A stretch of DNA of 64,000 bases from Candidatus Latescibacterota bacterium (GTDB taxonomy: Bacteria > Latescibacterota > UBA2968 > UBA8231), in the NCBI GenBank assembly GCA_965242865.1, contig CBDETK010000013.1, forward strand, positions 2,944,001 to 3,008,000. Direction: 5' to 3'. The notes below the pieces were generated by a model that searched no databases, was not told the DNA's origin, and worked only from the letters and a program-made list of their open reading frames with translations. Position 1 is the stretch's first letter, and each line of letters begins with the position of its first letter. The translations under genes were made by a program, and so were the position numbers. Shown piece after piece: positions 32,452 to 43,770 of this stretch.

Positions 32452-33465
32452 TTAGTCCTTCCAGTTGAATACCACGTTGAGCATGGTTTTCTCGCGGCGG
32501 TACGCCATTTCGTAGGCTTGGACCATGTCCGAGTAGTGTAGCCGGTGGGTGACCAAGCGGCTCGGCTGGAGCTTGCCGTCCTGCATCAGGGAGAGCACGT
32601 GGGCGCAGCGGCTGTCGTTGTCAAAGCGATCGCCATCCGGCAGCGGGAAAAGCGACCCGGCCCGGTCGTTGACCGCGCAGAGCGAAATGCCCTTGAAGTA
32701 AAACCAGCGCATGTCCAATGGGTTAAAATTTAGCGGCGCTTCGCCTCGCCCGGGCAAGCTGACGATGGCCACCCGCCCGTTGGGCCGGACCACTTCCAAG
32801 GCTGTGCGATACGCCGGCCAAGGGTTGGCCGTCAGGATCACCAAGTCGATTCCTTGGCCGCGAGTGAACTCGTCCAGCTTGGCGGCGAGCGCGGGATCAT
32901 CCGACAACAGGGCCTCGTGGGCCCCCATCTGACGCGCCATGTCCAAGCGCACCGGGCTGTTGCCCAACCCCACGACGCGCGCACCAAAAAGCGGGCCTAA
33001 CGCCACCGCGCCTAACCCCAAGACGCCCAACCCCACTACGGCCACGGTCTCGCCGGGCGCGAAAAAAGCCTTGGTGTAGCAATGCATGCTCAAGGCGTAC
33101 AAATGGGCGAAAACCGCGTCTTCGGCCGCAACCCCGTCTGGCACGGGTACGATGCTTTCGCGGTCGCTCGCCACGTACGCCGACTGATGCGGATGCCGCG
33201 ACACCACCCGATCCCCGACTGCGAACTTGGTTACTTTGCGGCCAATCCCTCGCACCACGCCTAGGTTGCTATCGCCCACCCAGCGCGGAAAATCCGGTGC
33301 TCCGGGCACTTGTTCGGCGCCTTCGTAGTTGCCGCGGTCCGTGCCGATCTTGAATCCCGTAATCTCCGTCTCCACCCAAATTTGGTCGTCCGCCAACTGC
33401 TCCGTGGCCAGCGTCTGCTCTTCGATCCGCAAATCGCGCGGACCGTGCAACATGGCAATTTTCAT
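32452..33465 (-). CDS. MDR/zinc-binding-type alcohol dehydrogenase family
   Basis: GroES-like N-terminus, VAVVGLGVLG, RLVTHR; lacks the canonical GHE motif. Confidence 0.85.
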   Translation of the reverse strand: MKIAMLHGPRDLRIEEQTLATEQLADDQIWVETEITGFKIGTDRGNYEGAEQVPGAPDFPRWVGDSNLGVVRGIGRKVTKFAVGDRVVSRHPHQSAYVASDRESIVPVPDGVAAEDAVFAHLYALSMHCYTKAFFAPGETVAVVGLGVLGLGAVALGPLFGARVVGLGNSPVRLDMARQMGAHEALLSDDPALAAKLDEFTRGQGIDLVILTANPWPAYRTALEVVRPNGRVAIVSLPGRGEAPLNFNPLDMRWFYFKGISLCAVNDRAGSLFPLPDGDRFDNDSRCAHVLSLMQDGKLQPSRLVTHRLHYSDMVQAYEMAYRREKTMLNVVFNWKD

Positions 33466-33510
33466 GCGACCCCCCTGTGCGGCTGTCGTGGCCGATTTAG
33501 GCGTGAAGCG

Positions 33511-33990
33511 TCACCCCGCACGGACGCCCCCCATCTTGCAGACCTCCTGCCACTCCTGCTCGGCAACCGGCTGAATCGAAAGCCGCTGACCCCGCTGCAC
33601 CACCTGCATGGCGGCGAGCGCGTGGTTGGCCTTGAGGTCGGCGAGGGGGACGAATCGTTTGAATTCGCGCTTCCACTGCACGTCAAAGGAAAACCAGCGC
33701 GGCTCGTCCTCGGTGGATTTTGCGTCGTAATAGCGGTGCTTGGCGTCAAACTGGCTGGGGTCGGGGTAGCCTGCTCTGGTGATCGTCGCGATGCCGGCGA
33801 CCCCCGGCTCGTCGCAGTTGGAGTGATAAAAAAACGCCCAGTCGCCCGCTTCCATGCGGTCGCGGATGAAATTGCGCGCTTGATAGTTGCGGACACCCCG
33901 CCAATAGCCGGTGCTTTGCGGACGCTGCTTCAGCTCGTCAAAGGAGCACTCGTCGAGCTCGCACTTGACGAGCCAGTACTGTCTGGCCAT
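33511..33990 (-). CDS. EVE domain-containing protein
   Basis: YWLVKCE, WRGVRNYQARNF, FFYHSNC, YYDAKS, RLSIQPV. Confidence 0.93.
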   Translation of the reverse strand: MARQYWLVKCELDECSFDELKQRPQSTGYWRGVRNYQARNFIRDRMEAGDWAFFYHSNCDEPGVAGIATITRAGYPDPSQFDAKHRYYDAKSTEDEPRWFSFDVQWKREFKRFVPLADLKANHALAAMQVVQRGQRLSIQPVAEQEWQEVCKMGGVRAG

Positions 33991-34004
33991 GCGCCTCCCT
34001 CGCC

Positions 34005-34706
34005 TCACAAGCTGATTTTGACGACCCAGCCCGAGGTGGCGTCGCAATAGGCCAAATCCTCGCCAAAAATCGACAGCCCATGCGGCTGGGGGTCGCTGTC
34101 CGGGACCTCGATTCGGTCCAACTCGGCCCCGCTCTCCACGTCGAGCTTGACGATCACGCGGTCGGCCGTATGCACCACCCAGATCCCGTCGGCAACCCGC
34201 ACCACGCCGTGCGCCCGCCCGTAGGGCAGGTCCAGCACGTGCTCGACCGACCAGCCAGCGATCTTGACTTTGCTCAGGGTCTGGCTCTTGAGGGTGGTGA
34301 TCCACACGTAGCCCTCTTCAACCGGATCGTACTCCATCCCGTGAACCCCGCCCCCACCGGGCACTGGATAGCGATTGCGGGTCGCGCCGGTGTCTGGGTC
34401 AATCTCGAAGATTTCGCCCTGTCCCGCCTTGGCGTCCGTGGGGCGCTCGGGCCGCCAGAGCGTACCCGCGCCGTTGGCCGCCAACCACAGCGAACCGCCG
34501 CCCCACGCCATGCCGCTGGTGTTGGACGACTCGCTGGGAAGGTCGCGGATCAGGCGGGTGACGCCGTATTCGGACGGCGCGGCGATTTCGACCAGCGCCA
34601 CCCGGTCGGTGATTTGGTCGGTAATCCACAGTCCTTCTTTTACTGATTGCAGCGCATTGGGCACCCCGTAAGGGGCGCGAAAGAGCTTCTCTATGCTCCT
34701 ACTCAT
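34005..34706 (-). CDS. Hypothetical beta-propeller protein (Vgb/NHL-like)
   Basis: Repeated blade motifs GLWITD, GMAWGGGSLW, HGMEYD, PHGLS. Confidence 0.65.
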   Translation of the reverse strand: MSRSIEKLFRAPYGVPNALQSVKEGLWITDQITDRVALVEIAAPSEYGVTRLIRDLPSESSNTSGMAWGGGSLWLAANGAGTLWRPERPTDAKAGQGEIFEIDPDTGATRNRYPVPGGGGVHGMEYDPVEEGYVWITTLKSQTLSKVKIAGWSVEHVLDLPYGRAHGVVRVADGIWVVHTADRVIVKLDVESGAELDRIEVPDSDPQPHGLSIFGEDLAYCDATSGWVVKISL

Positions 34707-35691
34707 CGTCGTCTCCTAAGTCAGTGTCCCACATCAGCAATACCGCCATTGTCTCGCCCAATCGGTTGTAGAGCAGGTCAAAGGCCGCGGCCGCTTCGGC
34801 GTAGGGAAAGCGGTGGGTGATCATCTTGGCGAACTGAATCTGGTTTGTAGCCAATAACTCTAGCGCCCGGGCCGATCCTCGGGGCCGCAGCCCGGGGTCG
34901 AGATAGCTGCCTACGAGGCGCTTGCCCATGATTTTGCTCGAGTAAAGCGGCAACGGGCTTTCTTCGTACAGCCCCAGCACCTGCAAGAGGCCGCCGCTCT
35001 TGAGCATGTCCTGCGCCTCGGCAAAGGCGCGGGCGCCCGCCCGACCCCCTACGGCCTCAACCACCACGTCGGCCCCGGCCCCGGCCGTCCGCTCCAAAAC
35101 CTGTGCGACCGAGTCGCCGGCGCGGGCGTCGATCACCGCGTCGGCCCCCAACTCGCGCGCCAACTCGCAGCGCAAGGGCAACGCATCGATCGCGAGGACG
35201 CGCCCCACGCCCTGTGCTTTGGCCGCCTGCATGCAGCCGCTGCCGACCAAGCCCTGCCCTTGGATGACCATGACGTCGTCCGAACCGGCCGCGGTCTCCC
35301 ACATCCACAGGACCGAGCTGGTTGCCAACGGCCAGAAGGTGCCCGCCTCGGGCGACAGGCCGGCCGGTAAGCGCACGGCCCTTGGCGGGTGTTGGCTGGC
35401 TGCGACTTCGACCGCTGCGTATTCGGCGTGCGGTGCCAGCGCCGCGACCCAGTCGCCGGTTTTGAACGCTTCGACCGCCGCGCCCACTTCCGCGACCCGC
35501 CCCACCAGCGAGTAACCCATGGCCCGATGGTCTATGGCCTCTTCGCGGACGTAGCGACGCCAAATCTCCGAGCCTCGGCTGATGAGCGAACACTGGGCGC
35601 GAATCAAAATCTCGGTCGGAGCAATCGCTGGAATCTCGACCTCTTCTACCACGATGTTATAGGCCCCTGCGGGCTTGGCGATGCGCTTCAT
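34699..35691 (-). CDS. MDR/zinc-binding-type dehydrogenase family
   Basis: SLISRGSE, MGYSLVG, GQGLVG, GADVVVEAVG, MITHRF; AAGGAGG RBS. Confidence 0.85.
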   Translation of the reverse strand: MKRIAKPAGAYNIVVEEVEIPAIAPTEILIRAQCSLISRGSEIWRRYVREEAIDHRAMGYSLVGRVAEVGAAVEAFKTGDWVAALAPHAEYAAVEVAASQHPPRAVRLPAGLSPEAGTFWPLATSSVLWMWETAAGSDDVMVIQGQGLVGSGCMQAAKAQGVGRVLAIDALPLRCELARELGADAVIDARAGDSVAQVLERTAGAGADVVVEAVGGRAGARAFAEAQDMLKSGGLLQVLGLYEESPLPLYSSKIMGKRLVGSYLDPGLRPRGSARALELLATNQIQFAKMITHRFPYAEAAAAFDLLYNRLGETMAVLLMWDTDLGDDDE

Positions 35692-35758
35692 ATCCGGCCT
35701 CCTTGAGCGACAATATGGCAAAAACGCGGCGCGGGAACCAATCAAGCGCAGCGCGAAC

Positions 35759-35800
35759 AAAAAACCGGGCGCACCCGCTAAGATGGGATGCGCCCGGCTG
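35759..35800 (-). terminator. Intrinsic terminator
   Basis: Minus strand agccgggcgcatccc-atcttagc-gggtgcgcccggtttttt. Confidence 0.85.
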
Positions 35801-36043
35801 TACTCTCAGAAGCTGTGCTTCTGACCAGGTAGTCGATCACCTGGAGTTGATCAAGTGATCAACCTCCCTGCGGTACAATTACTACTCAATGGACCACCTC
35901 CTTTCGCTAGTGCGCGCCTCATATCCATACTCCAACTCTGCGCGTCGTTGCGGCCAGTTACAAAGCCGGGCTGGCTCGCTCGCGTAGCCTCGAGCCTCAG
36001 CGTGGCGGCAACAGAGGCTTCACGGCCCCTGAACCCGTCTCGC
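35759..36043 (-). ncRNA. Candidate structured sRNA or micro-ORF mRNA with an extended Shine-Dalgarno
   Basis: Bounded by a promoter and a terminator; contains GAAAGGAGGTGGTCCA and three consecutive hairpins. Confidence 0.55.
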
Positions 36044-36048
36044 CCGTT

Positions 36049-36078
36049 AATATGACGACCACCAAAGAACCGTGTCAA
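36049..36078 (-). promoter_or_regulatory. Sigma70-type promoter
   Basis: TTGACA (36078-36073), 18-nt spacer, CATATT (36054-36049) on the minus strand just after the metG stop. Confidence 0.65.
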
Positions 36079-36103
36079 CTGATTTTTGTCCCGAGCGACC
36101 GCC

Positions 36104-38038
<1,935 letters not shown>

Positions 38039-38063
38039 TTACAATATCAAGGTGGGGCACACC

Positions 38064-38846
38064 TCAAGGGGGCGAAACGCGCGGCATCAGGAGCGCACGC
38101 TTGCGGGCCAGCGGTAAGCCGGCAAAGGCGCAGGAGTTGCCCCATTGGTCGATGGTGGCCGCGGTTTTGTACTCGTTGATGATGGCGTGGCGAGCACGCG
38201 GGGTGTAGTTGTGGCCGGCGCGGTGGACGACGAGAACGTGAATGATGGCCACGTCGCCCGGCTCGGCCTCCAAGACCACGCACTCGGCCGGGGGGATGTG
38301 CTCGTCGGAGATGGTGTGGCCGGTTTCTAGGGTGGGGTACTCGCCCTTGCGGTGGCTGCCGGGCAGGACTTCGGTGGCGCCGGCTTCAAATCCGCTCGGA
38401 TCGAGGTACGTAATGGCCGCGGCCAAGTCGGGGTCGGTGTGGCGCTCGTAGGGCCAGTCTTGGTGCCAGCTTTGGGTGCAGACAAAGCCGGGGGGTTTGT
38501 TGCGGACCTTGCCGTTGTGGAAATCGAGGTCCGGGCCTAAGAGATCGACCATGACCGAGACGATGCGCGGCTCGGTAAACTGGTCGAACCAGTAGTCGCT
38601 GGCCAACGTCTGGTCCATCATGCCGACGACGTTGTGCGGGTTGAAGGGGTCGGGCGCGTAGCCTTCGGGCGCGTCCATGAAGGAGTAGCGGACGTTCTTG
38701 GGCCGGTTTTCAATATCGACCATCAAGCGGTGAAATTCGCAGCGCATCTGCTCCATCTCGGCCGGGCCATAGAAGCCTTTGAGCAGCAGGTAGCCGTTGT
38801 CGTCGAAAAACTGCTTCTGCTCGGGGTGCAAAATGAGCAAGCTCAT
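38064..38846 (-). CDS. PhyH family Fe(II)/2OG enzyme
   Basis: FDDNGY, KPP, WHQD, LPGSH, VHRAGHN. Confidence 0.9.
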   Translation of the reverse strand: MSLLILHPEQKQFFDDNGYLLLKGFYGPAEMEQMRCEFHRLMVDIENRPKNVRYSFMDAPEGYAPDPFNPHNVVGMMDQTLASDYWFDQFTEPRIVSVMVDLLGPDLDFHNGKVRNKPPGFVCTQSWHQDWPYERHTDPDLAAAITYLDPSGFEAGATEVLPGSHRKGEYPTLETGHTISDEHIPPAECVVLEAEPGDVAIIHVLVVHRAGHNYTPRARHAIINEYKTAATIDQWGNSCAFAGLPLARKRALLMPRVSPP

Positions 38847-39997
38847 GGCGTATCGTCCTTTGGGGTTGGGCGGCTGGGCAGGAAGAAGGCCAAGCCGGCG
38901 GTCAATATCGGCAGCAAGGCTAGGTATTTCAAGGTTTCAGCGACGCCGATCTGGTCGCCAAAATGGCCGATTAGCGGCAGCGCGAGGCTGGCCAAGCCCC
39001 AGCTAAAGCCCAGCGGCAAGCTGGAGACCAAGCCCGAGTTTTCCGGCGAAAACTCCTGAGCTAAGGCGACCATAATCGAGTTGGAAGCCATCAACAGACC
39101 GCCGCCCAAAAAGAGCAGGACGTTGCTGGCCAGCATCCCGTCGGCATAGATGAAGGCGTAAAGCGGCGGCACCGAGGCCAGCAGCGACCCCCAGACCAGC
39201 GGTTTTGGATCGACGCGGTCGGCTAGGTAGCCAACCGCGAGTGCGCCGACCACGCCGGCGATATTGTAGATGCCCAAGGGGATGCCGCCGGCCACGAGGC
39301 CGAGGCCGCGCTCCTCGGCCATGAGCGTCAAAAACGTGCCAAAGCCCAGCCCCGACACCGAGCGCAAAACCACGATGGCGGTGATCAGCACGAGGGGACC
39401 GGCCTGCGCGCCGAGGCTGCGCCAGTGGGCCGTGCTTCTGCCGTGGGCGAAGTTTGGGTTGCCGAGCGGCACCGCACGCCAGAGGAGCAAGAGGAACAAC
39501 AGGCCGGGCGCGGAGAGGTACGGCAGGGCGGCCAGCCCAAAGGAGTTGGTGTACGCGGGGGCCCACAGCGGCGTTAGACCCAGCCCCAGCGTACCGCCAA
39601 AGATGAAGAGCGCCAAGCCGAAGGAGCGGCGCGGACCGCTGAGCTCGCCGGCCAGCGAAAAGACTTGGGGATGGAAGGCGGAGATCCCGATCCCCCCCAG
39701 CGCGAGGATGCCGACGAGGGTCAGGTAATCGGGGGCCAGCCCCATGAGCGGGGAGAAAATGGTCGCCAATGCCAAACCCCCGACGATCAGCCAGCGCCAA
39801 GCCATGCGGTCGGCCCACAAGCCCATGAGCGGCTGGCTGATATTGCATATAGAGACGATGGAGCCCAAAAACCCGACCTGCGCCAAGCTCAGCCCCAAAT
39901 TGGCCTTGATCAGGGGCAGGAGCGGGGCCAACATCGTGGCGTAGCTATCGACGCAAAAGTGCGAGAGCGTGATGAGGAACAGGCGAAGTTTTTGCAT
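38843..39997 (-). CDS. MFS transporter (Fsr-like)
   Basis: SHFCVDSY, QPLMGLWADR, SAFHP; about 12 TM segments. Confidence 0.88.
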   Translation of the reverse strand: MQKLRLFLITLSHFCVDSYATMLAPLLPLIKANLGLSLAQVGFLGSIVSICNISQPLMGLWADRMAWRWLIVGGLALATIFSPLMGLAPDYLTLVGILALGGIGISAFHPQVFSLAGELSGPRRSFGLALFIFGGTLGLGLTPLWAPAYTNSFGLAALPYLSAPGLLFLLLLWRAVPLGNPNFAHGRSTAHWRSLGAQAGPLVLITAIVVLRSVSGLGFGTFLTLMAEERGLGLVAGGIPLGIYNIAGVVGALAVGYLADRVDPKPLVWGSLLASVPPLYAFIYADGMLASNVLLFLGGGLLMASNSIMVALAQEFSPENSGLVSSLPLGFSWGLASLALPLIGHFGDQIGVAETLKYLALLPILTAGLAFFLPSRPTPKDDTP

Positions 39998-40006
39998 CCG
40001 CCTAGT

Positions 40007-41224
40007 CTAAGCCGTAACCCCGGCGGCGTCCAGACGGCGGCAGAGGCCCAAGGCGGCGAGCGCACCGAGGGCACTAAGGGCCGCGCCAACATAGAAGGGC
40101 AGGGCGGCATGGAGCTCGAGCAGGTAGCCGCCGATTAGGCTGCCGAGCACCATTGAGCCGCTCCAAGCGAGGTGGCCCAAGCCGACGAGGCGGTTTCTTT
40201 CTTCGGCGGTCGCGACATCGTTGATGAGCCGGGGGATCAGCGTCGAGACAGCCCAAGCCGTCGCCGTGAGGGCGGTGCCGCAGGCAAAGAGGCCGCCGAG
40301 GGAATCGTGCAAAAAGCAAAGGCCCAAGGTGCTGAGGAAGACGGCCGTGGCCGAGCCGATGAGCGGGGCGGTGCGGCCCAAGCGGTCGTTGAGGTAGCCA
40401 ATGCCGAGCTGACACCCAGCGGCCGCGACCAGCGACGCCGCGGCAAAATACGCGGGGAGGGCCTCGCTCTGGCCGACTCGGTAGATCAACAGCGGCAGCG
40501 CCAGCGTCGCCATGCCCCAGAAGGTGGTGATGGTCAGACGCAGGCTGAGTAGGAGGTGAACAGTGCCGCGGCTCAACAGCGGTCGGTAGGCCGCCCACGT
40601 ATTGAGGCGCGCCGTCTGCGCTGCGGTCGGGGCGGGCGCGTCGCTGGGCAACAGCACCAGCGCCAAGGCGATTACCGCGACCATGCCGATGCTCATGGCC
40701 GCGCCGATCTGGGCGAAGGAATAGGCGGTTTTAACCAAGCCGGTACAGAGGCTGCCGAGCGCGTTGCCGAGCGTATTGCTGAGAAAGTAGAGGGCACTGC
40801 CCAACCCGAGTCGAGCGGGGGTGACGGCGGTGATGAGGATGCTCTGCCCGGCGGTGGACCAAGGGCCGCTGGCCGCGCCCATCGCCAAGACCAAGCACGA
40901 GAGCCCCCACGGCTCTGCGGTGCGAAAGACCAAGCCGGTGAGCGCGCTGCCCACGAGGCCGATCATCAGCGTCGGCTTGCGACCCAAGTGATCGCAGAGC
41001 CGACCGGCCACCACGGCAAATATCCCGCTGAGGAGCAGCATCAGCCCGCGCAGGTAGCCGGTAAACCACGGAGGCCGCGCCAAGTCGGCTTCGATATAGA
41101 CGGGAAAGAGGGCTTGGAAGGGAGCGGCGAGGAAGCTATGGAGCAGGTAAATCAAACAAAGCGCGAGGAAGGCGCGGCTGAGCAGCCCACCTCCCTCGCG
41201 CGCAGTCGCGGATGCTGAGGCCAA
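40007..41224 (-). CDS. MFS transporter
   Basis: GRLCDHLGRK and GYLNDRLGR motif A repeats; about 12 TM segments. Confidence 0.88.
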   Translation of the reverse strand: MASASATAREGGGLLSRAFLALCLIYLLHSFLAAPFQALFPVYIEADLARPPWFTGYLRGLMLLLSGIFAVVAGRLCDHLGRKPTLMIGLVGSALTGLVFRTAEPWGLSCLVLAMGAASGPWSTAGQSILITAVTPARLGLGSALYFLSNTLGNALGSLCTGLVKTAYSFAQIGAAMSIGMVAVIALALVLLPSDAPAPTAAQTARLNTWAAYRPLLSRGTVHLLLSLRLTITTFWGMATLALPLLIYRVGQSEALPAYFAAASLVAAAGCQLGIGYLNDRLGRTAPLIGSATAVFLSTLGLCFLHDSLGGLFACGTALTATAWAVSTLIPRLINDVATAEERNRLVGLGHLAWSGSMVLGSLIGGYLLELHAALPFYVGAALSALGALAALGLCRRLDAAGVTA

Positions 41225-41227
41225 GGG

Positions 41228-42187
41228 CTATTTCTTACTGGCCGCGACCGAGTTTTTGAGGACGCCGATCCCGGAGATCTCGATTTCGACTTTGTCGCCC
41301 TTTTTCATAAAGGTGCCGGTGGTCGCGCCGACGCCCGATACAGTGCCGGTGCTGATTAGGTCGCCCGGCTCTAAGGTAATAATCGCCGAGATGTACTCGA
41401 TGATCTTATCCACCGGGTAGAGCATCTGGCCGGTGTTGTTGTGCTGCTTGCGCTTGCCGTTGATGTACGTGCTGATGTCGAGGACTTGCGGATCGGGAAT
41501 GTCGTCGCGGGTGACGATCCACGGTCCCTGCGGGGCAAAGGTGTCGAGCCACTTGCCGTTGAGCCAGTCGAACCACTCGTCGCGCGGGCGGCTGTCGGTG
41601 CGCTTCTTGATGAGCAACTCGCGCTCGGACACATCGTTCATAACGGTGTACCCGGCCACGTATTTGAGCGCGTCCTCGGCTTTGACGCCCTTGGCCTTGC
41701 GACCGATGACTACGGCCAACTCGCCTTCCCAGTCTATCGACTGGGCCACCGGCGGGATCAAAATTTTGTCGCCCGGGCCGATAACCGTGGTTGTCGGCGG
41801 CTTCATAAAGACGCGCGGGGTCTCCTTGTCTTGGGCCTCCATTTTGCCGCCGCCCTCTTCGATGTGGTCTTGGTAGTTGCCGGCCAAGCAGAAGACCTTG
41901 CGCGGGTTGGGCATTGGAGCGCGGAGCCGGACCTTGTCGAGGGCGTGGATGGTCTTGCCGTTGGGTTCCTTACCCTCGGCGGACGCGGCGGCCTGTTTGG
42001 CGGCGCGCAGGCCCTTGGCACCCGCCGAGAGCAGGGCCAGCATATCGGTAAAGAAGGGATGTATTTTGCGCTTTTCTTGGCGGGCCAAGGCGCGGTCGGC
42101 TGCTCTGAGTTCCACGACCACGGAGTCGTCGGCTACGACGGCCCCGACGAATTGTTCGCCAGCAGCAGAGTACGTGACCAGTTTCAC
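41228..42187 (-). CDS. Fumarylacetoacetate hydrolase family protein
   Basis: NYQDH, DWEGELAVVIG, NDVSER, LEPGDLISTGT. Confidence 0.93.
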   Translation of the reverse strand: MKLVTYSAAGEQFVGAVVADDSVVVELRAADRALARQEKRKIHPFFTDMLALLSAGAKGLRAAKQAAASAEGKEPNGKTIHALDKVRLRAPMPNPRKVFCLAGNYQDHIEEGGGKMEAQDKETPRVFMKPPTTTVIGPGDKILIPPVAQSIDWEGELAVVIGRKAKGVKAEDALKYVAGYTVMNDVSERELLIKKRTDSRPRDEWFDWLNGKWLDTFAPQGPWIVTRDDIPDPQVLDISTYINGKRKQHNNTGQMLYPVDKIIEYISAIITLEPGDLISTGTVSGVGATTGTFMKKGDKVEIEISGIGVLKNSVAASKK

Positions 42188-42276
42188 GGTTTCCTCCGTT
42201 GTGAATAAGGGTTTACGCGCCGACCCGATGGCCGGTGCATTGGTAAATGGATCGGGACAATTTATATTGAGTCGTC

Positions 42277-42843
42277 ATGGCAAAAGAATACTTCGTCCAT
42301 CCCAGTGCTTGCGTTGATGAGCCGGTTGCCATTGGCGCGGGGACCTATATATGGCATTTCTGCCACCTAATGCCCGAGGCGCGGCTTGGCCAAAACTGCA
42401 ATCTCGGCCAAAACGTCTATATCGACCGCGGCGTGGTAATCGGCGATGGCTGCAAGATACAGAACAACGTCTCGATCTACAAGGGAGTTACGCTCGAAGA
42501 CGAGGTCTTCTGCGGCCCGTCCATGGTATTCACCAACGTCGTCAATCCCCGCGCCTTTATCGACCGCCGCGGCGAGTTCCAAGAGACTCGGGTGCGAAAG
42601 GGCGCTTCGCTGGGGGCCAACTCGACCATTGTCTGCGGCGTCGAAATCGGCGAGTACGCCCTCGTCGGCGCCGGCGCGGTCGTAACCCGCGACGTGTCGG
42701 CATACTCCCTGATAACTGGTGTGCCGGGGCGACAGACGGGCTGGGCCTGCCGTTGCGGCGTCACGCTGGGCGATGATCTCGTCTGTAGGGAATGTGGCGC
42801 GGGCTACGAGGCGCGAGAAGGGCGGCTGCGGCCGCGAACTTGA
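42277..42843 (+). CDS. Hexapeptide-repeat N-acetyltransferase (WbpD-like)
   Basis: IWHFCH, NLGQNV, KIQNNVSIY, GPSMVFTNVVNPR, C-terminal Cys cluster. Confidence 0.88.
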   Translation: MAKEYFVHPSACVDEPVAIGAGTYIWHFCHLMPEARLGQNCNLGQNVYIDRGVVIGDGCKIQNNVSIYKGVTLEDEVFCGPSMVFTNVVNPRAFIDRRGEFQETRVRKGASLGANSTIVCGVEIGEYALVGAGAVVTRDVSAYSLITGVPGRQTGWACRCGVTLGDDLVCRECGAGYEAREGRLRPRT

Positions 42844-42920
42844 GGCCGGCCGGTGGTGTCGCCGCGCTTGCCGGCGCCCGAACTAGCAACGCAAGACAAC
42901 GTCTCCAAAAGGAGTTTTTT

Positions 42921-43442
42921 ATGAAACCCGTATCGGAAGTGCTTGAGGCTGCAAAATTCCTAGAAGAGCGCAGGTTCCTGACTGCAAGAATGTTAGCTTT
43001 TTTTCAAAGCAACGAGGAAGACATCCAAGCCCTGTTGTCGAAAATAGAGACGATAAAGATGGACATGGCCGAGCGCGTCAATAATGTCTGTGAGGCTTTG
43101 GACTTACTTGAATCAGAAGGGCAAGGTCGGAAAGCCAGACTTCGCAACTGGACACCAGCGTATCAGCTTTACGACATTTGTGAGATTGAGATCCAGATTG
43201 AAGAATACTTTTACCTTCTTATAAATACCATCCTTACTCCGCAGGGATGGAGATTTAGGGTGTCCGCGAGAAAGCTGTGGAAGCGTCCATCAGAACGGAA
43301 TAATCAACGGGCCATTTCTTGGTACGAAGCACAAGCGGGGCCTCGCACTTTTCCGTATAGGGCTGAGCCCAGTGAAGTCGCCGATCAGTTGCGCCGACTG
43401 GTCGAAAGCGCCCAGACCGATCCTTTCCACCTGCCGGAATAA
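42921..43442 (+). CDS. Hypothetical protein (lower GC)
   Basis: AAGGAG RBS before ATG 42921; no motif recognised. Confidence 0.6.
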   Translation: MKPVSEVLEAAKFLEERRFLTARMLAFFQSNEEDIQALLSKIETIKMDMAERVNNVCEALDLLESEGQGRKARLRNWTPAYQLYDICEIEIQIEEYFYLLINTILTPQGWRFRVSARKLWKRPSERNNQRAISWYEAQAGPRTFPYRAEPSEVADQLRRLVESAQTDPFHLPE

Positions 43443-43562
43443 TTTTCTCTGCTTCCTGTCGCCCGGAGCGCTAGGAGGATGAGTAAAACGTAAGGCATAG
43501 CAAGTAACGCCGCGATGGAGTGGAGCCGCGCTTTATTCGTTGGGTCGCGCTGATAACCAAAC

Positions 43563-43611
43563 TAAGAAGCGTTCTTAAAACTCGTGTTGCTTTTGGCCTA
43601 CTTGCATGACG
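43563..43611. repeat. Uninterrupted copy of the sequence split by the 21072-21195 insertion
   Basis: taagaagcgttcttaa+aactcgtgttgcttttggc matches 21056-21071 + 21199-21217. Confidence 0.7.
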
Positions 43612-43770
43612 ACTCCTGCCGTTTAGCGGATGACCGCTCTGAAGGTCCAATGGAGCATCTGCCAGCACATCCTCGATCGAAAGAAGAATACCGACATCTT
43701 CGAGTCGCTTTGATCCTGAAACTCCAGCATCCGTGACTATTTGATTGAGCGATTCTAAGATGTCGCGGCC

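Noticed and set aside
35800-35853. TGA of the micro-ORF followed by hairpins as a Sec codon plus SECIS
   Set aside because: The TGA is itself inside a stem and no convincing bacterial SECIS geometry is visible.
35890-35905. Possible 16S rRNA gene fragment (tggaccacctcctttc on the plus strand)
   Set aside because: Only 16 nt match and the flanks are not rRNA-like; better read as an extended SD on the minus strand.
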